Positions 20,613 through 30,851 of a DNA stretch of 64,000 bases are shown piece after piece. Origin of the DNA: Phycisphaeraceae bacterium (lineage in GTDB: Bacteria; Planctomycetota; Phycisphaerae; Phycisphaerales; Phycisphaeraceae); the NCBI GenBank assembly GCA_963674705.1, contig OY771506.1:64001-128000 (forward strand), given 5' to 3'. The position numbers and the translations under genes are program-made. Every line of letters begins with the position of its first letter. Within the stretch, counting starts at the first letter, position 1. The notes under the pieces were generated by a model. The model worked only from the letters and a program-made list of their open reading frames with translations. It did no database searches and was not told the origin of the DNA.

Positions 20613-21947
20613 ATCAGTCAGCCCCGCAAAGGTCGCAGCACACCGTGGAGACCGGTGCTGATCCTGGTGTCGATCGCAGTAGCGGTCGCTGTCATCTCGT
20701 GGCTCCCCTCGGTCGGAGCCCGCAAAGAAGCGGATGGCAAAACCACCATCGAAGTCTGGAGCTGGAACATCGCGGCCATGAGCCTCGATCAGTTCAGCGA
20801 TGAATTCGAAGAGGAAAACCCCGACACCGACATATTCGTGAACCGTAACGGCACGAACATGACCTCACGCCTGTTGCTCTCTTTGGCAGGCGGCGTTGGC
20901 GCACCGGATGTCAGCCAGCTCCAGGAACGCGAGGCAGGCAAGTTCACCGCCACCGGTACCCTGGCGGACCTTTCCGAATACGCCGACCAGTATGCCGATG
21001 ACTTCTCCCCCGCTTTCTGGGCAAGTTGTCAACACGATGGCAAGACCTACGCGATCCCTTGGGACGCCGGCCCGTGTGCCGTGTTCTACAAGCGCTGGGT
21101 CTTCGAGCAATACAACATCGATCCGGATGAAATCGAAACCTGGGACGACTTCATCGAAGTCGGCCAGCGCATCGTCAAGGAATCCGGCGGCAAAACCTAC
21201 ATGATGCCTCTGTCTTCGGGGAACCTTGCCAACTTCTACCAGATCCTGATGCAGCAGGCCGGTGGCGGTGTCTACAATGAACAGGGTCAGATCATCATCC
21301 AATGCGAAGCCAACCTCCAGGCATTGGAAGTTCTTCGCAAACTGCTGAACGCCGGCATCACACGCCCGATCGATGGCCCGGAAGAACTAGCATCCTTCGG
21401 CACGGATTCTATTGCCTGCTACCCCGCCGCCGTCTGGGTGATGCAGCAGATCAAGGACTTTGAAGCGGGAACCGCCGGCAATTGGGGCGTCTTCCGCCTG
21501 CCCGCGCTCGAACCCGGCGGCCTGCGCACCAGCAACCTCGGCGGTTCGGTCCTCGTTATCCCCGCACAAGGGCACAACATCGAAAAGTCATGGCGTTTCG
21601 TCGAACTGACAAACTGCACCGCTAAAAGCCAGGTGCTTCAATACAAAAACTTCGGCCTGTTCCCCGCATACCTGCCCGCACTCGAAGACCCCTACTTCGA
21701 CGAGCCCGATCCCTTCTTCGACAACCAACCCGTCCACCGCATCTTCACACTCGACTTCGAGAAGCTGCCCCCGCTGATCCGAACCGGCGATTGGAACGAA
21801 GCCGAACGCTACCTCGCCCAGACGCTCAGCCAATGGCACAACGTGCAGATGGACAATAAGAAGTACCTGGATGATGCGGCCGCGACCCTGGCACGCAAGC
21901 TCGGTCGAGAAGTGAAAAACGGACTGGAAAGCGAGGGGACGCCATGA
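20613..21947 (+). CDS. Sugar ABC transporter substrate-binding protein (family 1)
   Basis: IEVWSWN, APDV, YAIPWD, TWDDF, LGGS; ORF track starts at GTG 20655, alternative in-frame ATC at 20613 behind AAAGGAGG. Confidence 0.85.
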   Translation: MSQPRKGRSTPWRPVLILVSIAVAVAVISWLPSVGARKEADGKTTIEVWSWNIAAMSLDQFSDEFEEENPDTDIFVNRNGTNMTSRLLLSLAGGVGAPDVSQLQEREAGKFTATGTLADLSEYADQYADDFSPAFWASCQHDGKTYAIPWDAGPCAVFYKRWVFEQYNIDPDEIETWDDFIEVGQRIVKESGGKTYMMPLSSGNLANFYQILMQQAGGGVYNEQGQIIIQCEANLQALEVLRKLLNAGITRPIDGPEELASFGTDSIACYPAAVWVMQQIKDFEAGTAGNWGVFRLPALEPGGLRTSNLGGSVLVIPAQGHNIEKSWRFVELTNCTAKSQVLQYKNFGLFPAYLPALEDPYFDEPDPFFDNQPVHRIFTLDFEKLPPLIRTGDWNEAERYLAQTLSQWHNVQMDNKKYLDDAAATLARKLGREVKNGLESEGTP

Positions 21948-22888
21948 GCCAGCTATCCCCCGCGATGACATCCACAGCACAAGGCAAGCGTAAACAGCTC
22001 CTGCGGGAGATCTGGCGTTATCGTTCGTTCTACTTGTTTATCTCGCCGTTCTTCGTCCTCTTTGCAATCTTCGGCCTGTACCCGTTGATCTTCTCGTTAT
22101 ACCTGTCGCTGCTGCGATGGGATGCGCTCACCCCCGCGCGATGGGTCGGCTTCTCTAACTTCCAGACTTTGATGCATGATCGTCTGTTCTTCCGCTCGCT
22201 GTGGAATACGTTGTTGTTCGGCTTGTATCACTTCCCGCCGATGTTGATCCTCGCATTTGCCTTCGCGCTTTTGCTCAATCAGCAATGGATCAAACTGCGG
22301 GCGTTCTGGCGTGCGGCCGTGTTCCTGCCGGCCATCACCCCTATGGTCGTCATCGCGATCGTCTTCTTCCTGCTGTTCGGGACGGAGTACGGCCTGGTCA
22401 ACTTCGTCATCAACACCGTCGCGGGATGGTTCGGCATCGAGATGAACGGCATCCCCTGGCTTCAGAGTGAAAACTGGTCGAAGATCACGGTGTCGATCCT
22501 GCTGGTTTGGCGATGGACCGGCTACAACATGGTCATCATGCTCGCCGGCCTGCAAGGCATCGATAACTCCCTCTACGAAGCGGCACGCGTCGACGGCGCA
22601 ACACGCATGCAGCAACTGCGGCTGGTCACCGTCCCGCTGATGAAGCCGACGTTCCTGTTCATCACGATTATGTCGCTGGTCGGCACGGTGTATATGTTCG
22701 ATGAAGTTTTCGTCCTCACCGGCGGCGGCCCCGGCGTATCCAGCATGAACTTCGGACTGTTCCTCTTTGACGAAGGTTTCGGCAACTTCCGGTTCGGCTA
22801 TGCCTCGGCCGCGGCGTACACCGTCGCGTCGGTCGTGTTTATCTCGACGTTAATCATCCTGCGCCTCGGCCGATCGAATACGGAGTAA
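21944..22888 (+). CDS. Carbohydrate ABC transporter permease
   Basis: WVGFSNF, GLQGID..LYEAARVDGA. Confidence 0.92.
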   Translation: MSQLSPAMTSTAQGKRKQLLREIWRYRSFYLFISPFFVLFAIFGLYPLIFSLYLSLLRWDALTPARWVGFSNFQTLMHDRLFFRSLWNTLLFGLYHFPPMLILAFAFALLLNQQWIKLRAFWRAAVFLPAITPMVVIAIVFFLLFGTEYGLVNFVINTVAGWFGIEMNGIPWLQSENWSKITVSILLVWRWTGYNMVIMLAGLQGIDNSLYEAARVDGATRMQQLRLVTVPLMKPTFLFITIMSLVGTVYMFDEVFVLTGGGPGVSSMNFGLFLFDEGFGNFRFGYASAAAYTVASVVFISTLIILRLGRSNTE

Positions 22889-22889
22889 T

Positions 22890-23765
22890 GTGTTGGACCC
22901 AGTCACCCATACAACCCGATATTCAAAAACACTGCCCGTCTCGCGCCTGTTCGAGCGCGGGTTGGGGTATGTGTTCCTCGGGATATCGGCAGTGCTCTTC
23001 CTCTTGCCTGCTTACTGGCTGGTTGTCTCGTCTTTTAAAACCCAAACCCGCATCTTCGCGCTACCGCCGGAAATCATTCCTGTACCACCGGTCTGGGAAA
23101 ACCTTCGCGCGGTGTTTGAACAAACACCGCTGCTGCGAGCGTTCTTCAACACCTCTCTAATTGCGGTGATTCACGTATCTCTGACCGTATTCCTCTGCTC
23201 ACTGGCGGGGATGGCGTTCGCACGCTACCGCCACGCACCGGGGCATAAGTGGCTCTTCGGCTTCGTGCTCGGGACGATGATGATCCCCGGCGCGGTCACG
23301 ACGATCCCCGTCTTCATCGTACTCGCCAAGCTGCACATGATGAATAGTTACTGGGCCATGATCCTGCCCGGCGCCGCCAACGCATTCGGTATTTTCTGGA
23401 TGCGCCAATACATCATGCACAATGTGCCGGACGAACTCTACGATGCCGCCTCGATCGACGGAGCCGGGCAGTTCGAGACGTACTGGATCGTTGTACTGCC
23501 GATCATCAAGCCCGCGCTCGGCGCGCTTAGCGTACTCGTTCTGATCAGCACGTGGAACAACCTGATGTGGGCGTTCATCACGATGCGCACCGAAAACATG
23601 TACACCATGCCGCTGCTGATCTACCTGCTCAACGGTGAACAACGCACACCCTACGGCCTGATCATGGCGGCGGGACTGATCGCGACGCTGCCGCTGGTCG
23701 TCGCTTTCCTGATCTTCCAACGCTCCTTCATCAGCGGCGTTACCGCCGGCGCGGTGAAAGGCTGA
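22890..23765 (+). CDS. Carbohydrate ABC transporter permease
   Basis: PDELYDAASIDGA, WNN, ISGVTAGAVKG. Confidence 0.92.
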   Translation: MLDPVTHTTRYSKTLPVSRLFERGLGYVFLGISAVLFLLPAYWLVVSSFKTQTRIFALPPEIIPVPPVWENLRAVFEQTPLLRAFFNTSLIAVIHVSLTVFLCSLAGMAFARYRHAPGHKWLFGFVLGTMMIPGAVTTIPVFIVLAKLHMMNSYWAMILPGAANAFGIFWMRQYIMHNVPDELYDAASIDGAGQFETYWIVVLPIIKPALGALSVLVLISTWNNLMWAFITMRTENMYTMPLLIYLLNGEQRTPYGLIMAAGLIATLPLVVAFLIFQRSFISGVTAGAVKG

Positions 23766-23795
23766 TTACACACCTAAACACGCTCAAGAATTACC

Positions 23796-25601
23796 ATGAC
23801 ACAGTCAACGTCTAATCCCACGACCGCCAGCCGGCTGACCACCAACGCCACCGACTACCTGCTCGACGGCAAGCCGCATCAGATCATCTCCGGCTCCATG
23901 ACGTACTACCGCATGGTGCCCGAAGTCTGGGTCGATCGCCTGGAAAAGCTCGTCGCGCTCGGTGCAAACACGCTCGAAGTCTACGTCCCGTGGAACCTGC
24001 ACGAACCGCGCAAGGGCGAATACAACTTTGATGGTTTATGCGATCTGCCGAAGTTCCTCCAACTATGTGCCGACACGGGACTGGATGTGCTGTTTCGACC
24101 GGGCCCATACATCTGTGGCGAGTGGGAGTTCGGCGGTCTGCCCTGGTGGCTATTAAACGAACGTGACATCGTCCTGCGCAGTAGCGACCCGACATTCCTC
24201 AAGCACGTCGATGAGTGGTGGGAACAATTGATCCCGCGCGTATTGCCTTACCTGTCGACCAACGGCGGGCCGATCATTGCGGCCCAGGTTGAGAACGAAT
24301 ACGGCTACTACGGCGATGACAAAGTCTACCTCGAACACCTGCGTGACAAACTGCGTGAACTCGGTGTGGATGTATTACTGTTTACCTCCGACGGGCCGGG
24401 CAATCCCGAATGCTTTATCAACGGCAGCCTGCCGGATGCGGTCATCACCGCCAACTTCGGCAGCAACCCGCAGCAGCACATGTCCACACTGCGCAAAGCT
24501 CAACCCAATGGCCCGCTGACCTGCATGGAGTTTTGGATCGGCTGGTTCGATGCCTGGTGCAATGAGCGCAAAGCCTCCCGTGAACCGCAAAGCGCTGCCG
24601 ATGATCTCAAGGCGATGCTCGAGATGAATGCGTCCGTCAACTTCTTCATGTTCTGCGGCGGAACAAGCTTCGGCTTCATGTCCGGTGCGAACGATTCGGA
24701 TGGCTACGAACCGCATGTCACCAGCTACGACTACGACGCCCTGCTCACCGAATGCGGCGATGTCACGCCCAAATATGAACTTTGCCGAGAGGTCATCGCC
24801 AAGCACACCGGTAGAACCGATCTGACGCGCACCTTCGCGCCATCACCTAAACTGGATTTGGGTGAAGTCGAATTCACCGAGCAGGTATCACTGACCGATG
24901 CGCTACCCGCCTTATCCGCTCCTCTTCGTAGCGCAAAGCCTTTACCTATCGAGCGACTGGGTTATGGCTACGGCTACGTGCTCTACAGCGCTGAAGTCCC
25001 CAGGATCTTCAAGGATTTTCTCATCCGCATCCGAGGCATGCGCGACTTCGCACATGTCCTGGCGGATGGCCAATCGCTCGGCACGTGGTACATCAACGAC
25101 CCGCAGCCCGAGTGGACATTGCCCGTCACAGGCGAAACCGTCAAACTCGACATCCTCGTCGACTGCATGGCCCGGCCGAACTTCGGTCACAAGCTCAAAC
25201 AACTCAAAGGCATCAGCGACGGCGTCTACTTCGGCCCGCGCCGCCACGATGAACGCGCCCACATCGGCTGGGCCTGCTATCCCCTTCCGATGGATGCCGA
25301 CCTTGCCAAGCTGCCATGGTCGAAGTCACCGATTGATGGCGCCGCACCACGGTTCTATCGCGCGAAGTTCAACGTCGACACGCCGGCCGATACTTTCCTC
25401 GCTTTGCCGAACTGCACCAAGGGTTTTGCTTCGATCAACGGGTTCAACCTCGGCCGATACTGGGAGATCGGCCCGCAACACACGCTCTACATCCCCGGCC
25501 CGCTTCTGAAGCAAGGCGAAAACGAACTGATCGTGTTCGATTGTGTAGGCCAGGAAGCCGCCAAGGCACGCTTGCAGGACAAACCCGAATGGGACCTATG
25601 A
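23796..25601 (+). CDS. GH35 beta-galactosidase (no signal peptide)
   Basis: YVPWNLHEP, RPGPYICGEWEFGGLP, QVENEYG, MEFWIGWFD, TSYDYDA, NLGRYW..GPQ. Confidence 0.93.
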   Translation: MTQSTSNPTTASRLTTNATDYLLDGKPHQIISGSMTYYRMVPEVWVDRLEKLVALGANTLEVYVPWNLHEPRKGEYNFDGLCDLPKFLQLCADTGLDVLFRPGPYICGEWEFGGLPWWLLNERDIVLRSSDPTFLKHVDEWWEQLIPRVLPYLSTNGGPIIAAQVENEYGYYGDDKVYLEHLRDKLRELGVDVLLFTSDGPGNPECFINGSLPDAVITANFGSNPQQHMSTLRKAQPNGPLTCMEFWIGWFDAWCNERKASREPQSAADDLKAMLEMNASVNFFMFCGGTSFGFMSGANDSDGYEPHVTSYDYDALLTECGDVTPKYELCREVIAKHTGRTDLTRTFAPSPKLDLGEVEFTEQVSLTDALPALSAPLRSAKPLPIERLGYGYGYVLYSAEVPRIFKDFLIRIRGMRDFAHVLADGQSLGTWYINDPQPEWTLPVTGETVKLDILVDCMARPNFGHKLKQLKGISDGVYFGPRRHDERAHIGWACYPLPMDADLAKLPWSKSPIDGAAPRFYRAKFNVDTPADTFLALPNCTKGFASINGFNLGRYWEIGPQHTLYIPGPLLKQGENELIVFDCVGQEAAKARLQDKPEWDL

Positions 25602-26597
25602 TTTGTCGCGTTTAACGGTCTTGACCAGGACCAACTGCAGCAGGATAAACAGCAGCAGCAGTAACCCGGTAAAAATATTCGTCCACCAGGTGCTGAGGTT
25701 ACCTTCGTTGTCGATCACCATGCGGATCAAACCGAGGATCAGTACGCCCATAAGCGTACCGATGACGTAACCTGAACCGCCGGTCAATAATGTCCCACCG
25801 ATGACGACCGCGGCGATGGCGTCCAGTTCGTATCCCTCAAACCCCTTGGGATTGCCGGAATACATATCTGTGGTCGCAATAACGCCCGCAAGCGCCGCCA
25901 TAAATCCGCCCAGCGTATATACACCGATCTTCACCCGGCCAATGTTCACGCCCATCAACTTCGCTGAATCCTCATCCCCACCGACGGCATAGACCTCGCG
26001 GCCGATCGGCAGAAATTGTGCCGCCAAAATGGCTACCACAAAACAAACAAGCAACATAATGACCGAGAACGTGACATCGGCATGCCCCATCCCGGGGATC
26101 GTCAAGGGTATCTTTATATCTCGCAGCTTTTCGTATACAGGATACGCAATGCTGACACTTTCCTTATGCACCACAAACGCCAGCCCGCGTGCCAGGAACA
26201 TGCCCGCCAGTGTGATCAAAAACGGTGGCAACGCATAGAAGTGGATCAAACATCCTTGCAGGAATCCAAACAGCGTGCCTACCGCGATCGCGACCGTGAT
26301 CGCCACCGCCGGGTGCCAGCCCGGACCAAGCTCGGGTGAAATCAGCGTCGCCACCAGCATCGAAGTAAACGCGATCACAGCGCCGACGGATAGATCGATC
26401 CCGCCGGAGAGGATGATAAACGTCGACCCGATCGCTGCGATCCCCACCACCGCCCCGCCACGGAACAGGCTGACGATATTGTATGTCGACAAAAAGCCTT
26501 GGTTGCCGTAACGGATCGCTCCGAAGACAAAGATCAGCACGAGCACGCAGAACGTCGCAAGGACAGGCAGGTACTTGGGGTTGAATAACTTTTTCAT
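25596..26597 (-). CDS. yjfF: Galactofuranose-type ABC permease
   Basis: GGIDLSVG, PPFLITLAGMFLARG, YELDAIAAVVIGGTLL; ytfQRT-yjfF order. Confidence 0.75.
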   Translation of the reverse strand: MKKLFNPKYLPVLATFCVLVLIFVFGAIRYGNQGFLSTYNIVSLFRGGAVVGIAAIGSTFIILSGGIDLSVGAVIAFTSMLVATLISPELGPGWHPAVAITVAIAVGTLFGFLQGCLIHFYALPPFLITLAGMFLARGLAFVVHKESVSIAYPVYEKLRDIKIPLTIPGMGHADVTFSVIMLLVCFVVAILAAQFLPIGREVYAVGGDEDSAKLMGVNIGRVKIGVYTLGGFMAALAGVIATTDMYSGNPKGFEGYELDAIAAVVIGGTLLTGGSGYVIGTLMGVLILGLIRMVIDNEGNLSTWWTNIFTGLLLLLFILLQLVLVKTVKRDKS

Positions 26598-27751
26598 GCC
26601 TCACCCCCCGCGCTGTTGGCAGGTGTTGCGGCGCTGAGCGCCGCGGCAGGCTTCTTCTTGAATCGGCCGAACACTTTTTGCCGGAACGTCTGCGATTGCA
26701 GCAGACACACCAGCACGATCACCAGCGCCTTGGGGATCAGCGCCACCTCCGGCGGAACCTTCTGAATCGTCATCGTGATCGTCAGCGTCTGAATCAGTAG
26801 CGCCCCGATCACCGTCCCGAATATCAGGAACCGCCCGCCGGTCAGCGCTGTGCCGCCGACGACCACCGCGAAGATCGCATCCAGTTCGTACCACAAGCCG
26901 ATCTGGTTCGCATTCGCGCTACTGACATTCGTCGATTCGATCAGCCCCGCAAGGCCGGCACAGAACCCGCAGAACACATACACCAGGAACTTGATCGTCC
27001 GGGCACGGATACCCGTGTAATGGCTCGCCAGATCGCTGTCGCCGACCGCCTCGATCATCAGCCCCAGTGCCGTGCGCCGCGTCAGCAGATACGTCGCCAT
27101 GATCATCAAACCAACGAGCCAGACGCCGAACGGCAAACCAATCAGCGTGCCTTTCCCGATATACGCAAGCTGCGGTACGTCATAGGTGAATATCTGCCCT
27201 TCGCAGATCAATTGCGCCACACCGCGCCCCGCGACCATCAATATCAACGTCGCGATGATCGGCTGGATGCGCAAGACCGAAACAAGAAAACCGTTCCACG
27301 CCCCCGCGATCAGCGCCGCAATCAGTGATGTCGCGATCAACACCGCAAGCCACATGCCGAAGCTGTTCTCGAACATCTGCACCGCCCAAGGCCCGAGTGC
27401 GGATTCAAGCCAACTGGGGGTGACCATGGACGCCGACACCACCGCCGAGATCGCCATCACCGCACCGACGGAAAGGTCCACGCCGCCGGTCGCGATCACC
27501 AGCGTCATCCCAAGCGCAACCAGCATGACCGCCGAACCGTCGCGGAAAATATCAACCAGATACCCCGAAAGACGACCATCTGTTATCACTATCTTCAAGA
27601 AGTTGTCGGTAAACACGATGTTGAAAATCAGCAAGATTGCCAACGCCGCCAACGGCCAGATGACCGGCCCGATTAAACTATGTAACCATCGTAATTGAGC
27701 GAGTGCGGATTCCCATCGTAATCTTCTGTACTCGTCGTATAGCTTAGACAT
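26594..27751 (-). CDS. ytfT: Galactofuranose-type ABC permease
   Basis: GMTLVIATGGVDLSVG, IQPIIATLILMVAGRG, ELDAI. Confidence 0.75.
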   Translation of the reverse strand: MSKLYDEYRRLRWESALAQLRWLHSLIGPVIWPLAALAILLIFNIVFTDNFLKIVITDGRLSGYLVDIFRDGSAVMLVALGMTLVIATGGVDLSVGAVMAISAVVSASMVTPSWLESALGPWAVQMFENSFGMWLAVLIATSLIAALIAGAWNGFLVSVLRIQPIIATLILMVAGRGVAQLICEGQIFTYDVPQLAYIGKGTLIGLPFGVWLVGLMIMATYLLTRRTALGLMIEAVGDSDLASHYTGIRARTIKFLVYVFCGFCAGLAGLIESTNVSSANANQIGLWYELDAIFAVVVGGTALTGGRFLIFGTVIGALLIQTLTITMTIQKVPPEVALIPKALVIVLVCLLQSQTFRQKVFGRFKKKPAAALSAATPANSAGGEA

Positions 27752-29300
27752 CGACGGCCTCCTTTCCAGCCGACGAGTCGTGCTTGGCAATCATGTTCAG
27801 GATCGCATGCTCGGAAACTTCTTCGCCCTCGAGTTGCCCGACCTGGTGATGGTCTCGCATAACCACCACACGATCGCTCGTCCGTGCGACCTCTTCCATC
27901 TCCGAACTGATAAAGAGGATGCTCATACCTTGTTCGGTTAATTCACCGACAAGTTTTTCGATCTGCGCTTTTGCGCCGACATCGATACCGCGCGTCGGTT
28001 CATCAAGGATGAATAACCGTGGCTCGATCGCCAGCCATCTACCGAGTAGCACTTTCTGCTGGTTCCCGCCGGACAGGTTCTTGACCAGTTGCTCGCGATC
28101 GGGCGTTTTGATGCCGAGCGCCTCGATGTACTTATCAGCCAGTTCACGTTGTTCTTTGGCCGAAAGCCTGTACCATATCCCACGGCGACTTTGCAGCGCC
28201 AGCATGATGTTCTCACGCACCGAAAGGTTCGGGATGATGCCCGCCGCTTTTCGATCCTCAGGCGTCATCGCAAAACCCAACCGCATCGCCTCACGCGGCG
28301 AACGTGGACTGACCTGCTCACCATCGAGTTTAATCGTACCGACATCCGCCGGATCGACGCCGAACAGCATCTTCGCCGTCTCCGTCCGCCCCGAACCGAG
28401 CAGCCCGGCCAGGCCGACGGTCTGCCCTTGCTGAATATCGAACTGCACATCATGCACAGTGTTGCGACGGCCAAGCCCTTCAGCCTTCACCAGCGTTTGC
28501 CCCGCTACTGCTCGCCCGTGCCGTGCTTTAGCGTCGGCTTCCTGCGTCTCGAGCGCCGCAACATCCTTGCCGACCATCTTGCCGATCAGTTTGAGTCGCG
28601 GAAGCTCGGCCGTCGGATACTCGCCGACAAACCCGCCGTTGCGGAACACCGTGATCCGGTCGCTGATGCGATACACCTGATCGATAAAGTGCGTCACGAA
28701 AAGGATGCCTAACCCTTCCTTGCGCAGCCGATCCATCATCGCAAGCAGTTCATCCACCTCCTGCTCATCCAGGCTGGAGGTCGGCTCATCCAGGATCAAC
28801 AGCTTCGCATCGGTATCAAGCGCTCGCGCGATCGCAACCATCTGCTGCACCGCCAGCGAATACGAAGACAACTGCCGGCTGACATCAAGGTCCATATCCA
28901 GACGCTTCAGCGCTTCACGCGCACGCTTCTTCGCAGCGCCCAGCCGGATTAATCCCACGAGTTTCGGGAAGCGTCCGAGACAAAGATTTTCCGCTACCGA
29001 CATCGACGGGATCAGGTTCACTTCCTGATACACCGTGCTGATCCCCTGTGATTCGGCATCGCGCGGCGAGGTCGGTTGGATCAACTTCCCGTCCATGCGT
29101 ATTTCGCCGCCGTCGGGTACGTGCACACCGGTAAGGACTTTGATGAGCGTACTCTTACCCGCGCCGTTCTCACCCATCAACGCATGTACCTCACCTCGGC
29201 GCAGCGTCAGGTCCACCCCATCCAGCGCACGCACGCCGGGGAATGTCTTAACGATCCCGCTTACCTGCAGCATGGCTTGTTCGGCTGGTGTATTCGACAT
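27744..29300 (-). CDS. ytfR: Monosaccharide ABC transporter ATP-binding protein (two domains)
   Basis: GENGAGKST, LDEPTSSL, LSGGNQQKV. Confidence 0.8.
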   Translation of the reverse strand: MSNTPAEQAMLQVSGIVKTFPGVRALDGVDLTLRRGEVHALMGENGAGKSTLIKVLTGVHVPDGGEIRMDGKLIQPTSPRDAESQGISTVYQEVNLIPSMSVAENLCLGRFPKLVGLIRLGAAKKRAREALKRLDMDLDVSRQLSSYSLAVQQMVAIARALDTDAKLLILDEPTSSLDEQEVDELLAMMDRLRKEGLGILFVTHFIDQVYRISDRITVFRNGGFVGEYPTAELPRLKLIGKMVGKDVAALETQEADAKARHGRAVAGQTLVKAEGLGRRNTVHDVQFDIQQGQTVGLAGLLGSGRTETAKMLFGVDPADVGTIKLDGEQVSPRSPREAMRLGFAMTPEDRKAAGIIPNLSVRENIMLALQSRRGIWYRLSAKEQRELADKYIEALGIKTPDREQLVKNLSGGNQQKVLLGRWLAIEPRLFILDEPTRGIDVGAKAQIEKLVGELTEQGMSILFISSEMEEVARTSDRVVVMRDHHQVGQLEGEEVSEHAILNMIAKHDSSAGKEAVDV

Positions 29301-29305
29301 CGTAT

Positions 29306-30808
29306 CTACTCGACTGGTTCCAATTTGATGTCATCGTACCAAGCCCGGCCGATTGATTCGCCCCAGCCTCCGAACAAACAATTAATCTGGATATCACGGC
29401 GGTTGCCGCTATTAAAGATAACTTCAACCTGCGTCCAAGGATTTTCACCGATTAACGGCTCAGAGCGGGCACCGTCCATGCTGGAAATGCTCAACAGCGC
29501 CCCCATCCCCGATCCGGCCCTGACCTCTTCGGTCCGGATCCAACCGCTGAGACGATAACGTGTTCGCGGCTCAACTATCGCGTATGCACTCCACGCCGCA
29601 TCGGCGCCGATCTCCGAACCGATCGCCACCGCGGCGCCGCCGTTGCGTCCGTCCTCAGGAAAGTATTTGTGAACCACCTGACCCGACCAACGATTCGTCT
29701 GCCAAGCTGTGGGTTTGTCATCGACCGCGTGCTCAAAATCACCGTTCTGCAGACGATCCGTTTCCGTGAAACTGGGTAACGGCAAAACGGTACCGCTGAC
29801 ATCCGCCAGGAACACCGTGCCATGCCGTGGATGGCGCGTCGGCATACGCAGCTTGTCTGTCAGGTCGGTCCAGTTCTCCAGGTCCGTACTCATCGCCGCG
29901 GAATACCGGCCACGGTCATAGGTATCCCAGTACAACAGCCACGCATCCTTCGTACGCACTAATGAAGGGCCCTCGACCCAATCCGTCGGCGAGATCGTTG
30001 CGCCGGGCCCCGCGATCGGATGCGGCATGATCTGCCATTCACCGCTCATCTTCGCGTCAATCGTCGCAAGCCAAAGGTTCTTGCCGGGCATCTGACGCTT
30101 TTCTTTCTTGTACACCATCACCCAACGATCATCCGCTGGATCGTCATTTTGCCGATCGTCAAAAACCAGGTGGCCGTCGATCGATGTGTAACCAGGATCA
30201 AACAGCACCTTGGGTTCGGTGAACGTCTTGAAGTCTTTCGTGCGGATGATGTACAGCCGATGGTCCCAGTCGTTGTCGCTGCCGTCGTTGTCATTAAGTT
30301 CACGCGGGATCGTTGAGCTGAACACAACAAAGAAGTCGCCCTGCACCGGATCGTAATGCAGCTCCGGCGCCCAGACGTTCTCCGGCTGATCCTCATCGGC
30401 TAACGATTCGGCAAACGGCCTGATCATCAACGGCTTCGACCAGTTCACCAGGTCAGCCGACGAGGCGTAGCCCATCACCCGGCCGCGCCAGTTCGTGGTC
30501 CAGACCATGTGGAACACGCCGTCGTGCTGGATGATCGATGGGTCTCGTGTCAGGTGCTGGCCCTGCCAATCCGGAGGCGTAAAGATCGCCTGCCCGAAGT
30601 TGGCGAACCGGTAATCCAGGCCGTCACGGCTGACCGCCAGGAATACTCCGCTCTCACCCTGGCCTCGGAAAAAGGGAAACAGAAACATCGGCTCCGCTTT
30701 AGCAACAGGCGTATTGCTGTTGACGGAATTCGCATGACAATCCATCGGCGCATGCATCACCGAAAGCAATACAAAGACGACAGCCCATAGCCTGAATCGA
30801 TACGGCAT
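29306..30808 (-). CDS. Secreted GH43 glycoside hydrolase with a C-terminal CBM-like domain
   Basis: RDPSI, WAPE, SIDG, EGP five-bladed propeller motifs; C-terminal L.NGDFE...YRLSGWIRT...WYDDI; start ATG 30808. Confidence 0.78.
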   Translation of the reverse strand: MPYRFRLWAVVFVLLSVMHAPMDCHANSVNSNTPVAKAEPMFLFPFFRGQGESGVFLAVSRDGLDYRFANFGQAIFTPPDWQGQHLTRDPSIIQHDGVFHMVWTTNWRGRVMGYASSADLVNWSKPLMIRPFAESLADEDQPENVWAPELHYDPVQGDFFVVFSSTIPRELNDNDGSDNDWDHRLYIIRTKDFKTFTEPKVLFDPGYTSIDGHLVFDDRQNDDPADDRWVMVYKKEKRQMPGKNLWLATIDAKMSGEWQIMPHPIAGPGATISPTDWVEGPSLVRTKDAWLLYWDTYDRGRYSAAMSTDLENWTDLTDKLRMPTRHPRHGTVFLADVSGTVLPLPSFTETDRLQNGDFEHAVDDKPTAWQTNRWSGQVVHKYFPEDGRNGGAAVAIGSEIGADAAWSAYAIVEPRTRYRLSGWIRTEEVRAGSGMGALLSISSMDGARSEPLIGENPWTQVEVIFNSGNRRDIQINCLFGGWGESIGRAWYDDIKLEPVE

Positions 30809-30851
30809 ACTACTTCCTGTCAGATGACGATACGAGGCCCAAACAAGGCCA

